DNA of 63,775 nucleotides, filler included, from Stramenopiles sp. TOSAG23-3 (Eukaryota), in NCBI GenBank assembly GCA_900128585.1. It is 8 parts of 8 records of this genome, joined end to end, with 100 filler letters (N's around TTAATTAATTAA, not from the genome) between each part and the next. Parts side by side here need not be neighbours in the genome. Positions count along the whole stretch, not along the records: positions 62,242 to 63,775 come from LT645720.1; 7 more parts are not named here. One strand, 5' to 3'. The notes beneath the pieces were generated by a model. It had not been told where the DNA came from. It was given only the letters and a program-made list of their open reading frames with translations, and searched no databases. A program made the translations under genes and the position numbers. Shown piece after piece: positions 63,283 through 63,775 of this stretch (the stretch's first letter is position 1; each line of letters starts with the position of its first letter).

Positions 63283-63775
63283 AAGAAAGAAGAAGAAGAA
63301 GAAGAAGAAGAAGAAGGAAAGAAGAAGAAGAAGAAGAAGAAGAAATTCTTCTTTTTTTTTTTATTATATTTTTTTTTTTTATTATTATTTATTATTATTT
63401 GGGATGATGATGAGAAGTGGATTAAATTAACAGGGACAGATCATAGAAGAAAGAAAAGTAAATATAATTAATATTTTACGATGAATGAATGAATGAAGAA
63501 GAAGATACTACTATAGAGTTAATAATAGGGTGTTAATAATATAAATATAACAGGTGTATACTATGAGTAGTAAATAGACCAGAATAATAATTATATGGTT
63601 TTATATTAAAAGAAGATTTTATTCTTCTTTTTTCTTTTCTTTTCTTCTTTCTTTTCTTCTTTTCTTTTCTTTTTTTTTTTCTTTTCTTCTTTCGTTCTTT
63701 TTTTCTTTTCTTCTTTCTTTTCTTCTTTTCTTTTCTTTTCTTCTTTTCTTCTTTCTTTTCTTCTTTTCTTTTCTT
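63283..63775. repeat. (AAG)n tract (63283-63345) and TTTTC/TTC tract (63622-63775)
   Basis: Visible tandem repeats. Confidence 0.9.

Noticed and set aside
1-63775. Alternative genetic code or non-ATG initiation suggested by TTG/GTG starts in the ORF track
   Set aside because: A suitable in-frame ATG lies shortly downstream in most cases (the rest are frameshifts or a contig edge), and TAA, TAG and TGA all terminate conserved proteins.
1-63775. tRNA, rRNA, transposase or viral hallmark genes
   Set aside because: No T-loop/cloverleaf, rRNA, DDE, RT or capsid signatures recognised.

Overview
Eukaryotic (protist-like) nuclear DNA in the standard genetic code. It is not one locus: eight contigs or scaffolds are joined by identical 100-bp linkers (44 N + TTAATTAATTAA + 44 N), and the six complete pieces are sorted by decreasing length (8824, 8808, 8794, 8781, 8758, 8751 bp), so neighbourhood across linkers means nothing. 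About 24 apparently intron-less genes form GC-rich islands in very AT-rich spacers carrying (AAG)n/(AAAG)n/(TTCC)n microsatellites. Recognisable products: RhoGAP, a secreted papain/C39-like protein, a Swf1-type palmitoyltransferase, CDT2/DTL, SLC5 and SLC38 transporters, an ankyrin protein, a CASTOR/POLLUX/DMI1-type channel, a 2OG-Fe(II) oxygenase, a RING protein, kinesin, CDC27, symplekin, a giant IQ/EF-hand protein, a Kir-like channel, an alpha/beta hydrolase, GT32, a secreted sushi-domain protein, HGSNAT, rhomboid and paraoxonase. Most notable: (1) a TNFAIP8/TIPE-RGS fusion; (2) a DHHC enzyme reading DHFC that has lost all zinc-binding cysteines; (3) a Kir-like channel with an N-terminal SHOCT domain and no GYG filter; (4) three genes each broken by one extra base in a G/C run of 9-10, most likely an assembly error; (5) a modular repeat family with a GGATTAGGGT core and inverted arms, concentrated near gene 3' ends; (6) a low-GC contig with a linker-less CDC27, candidate structured RNAs and a possible retroelement relic. 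All family calls come from motif recognition by eye; no searches were run.
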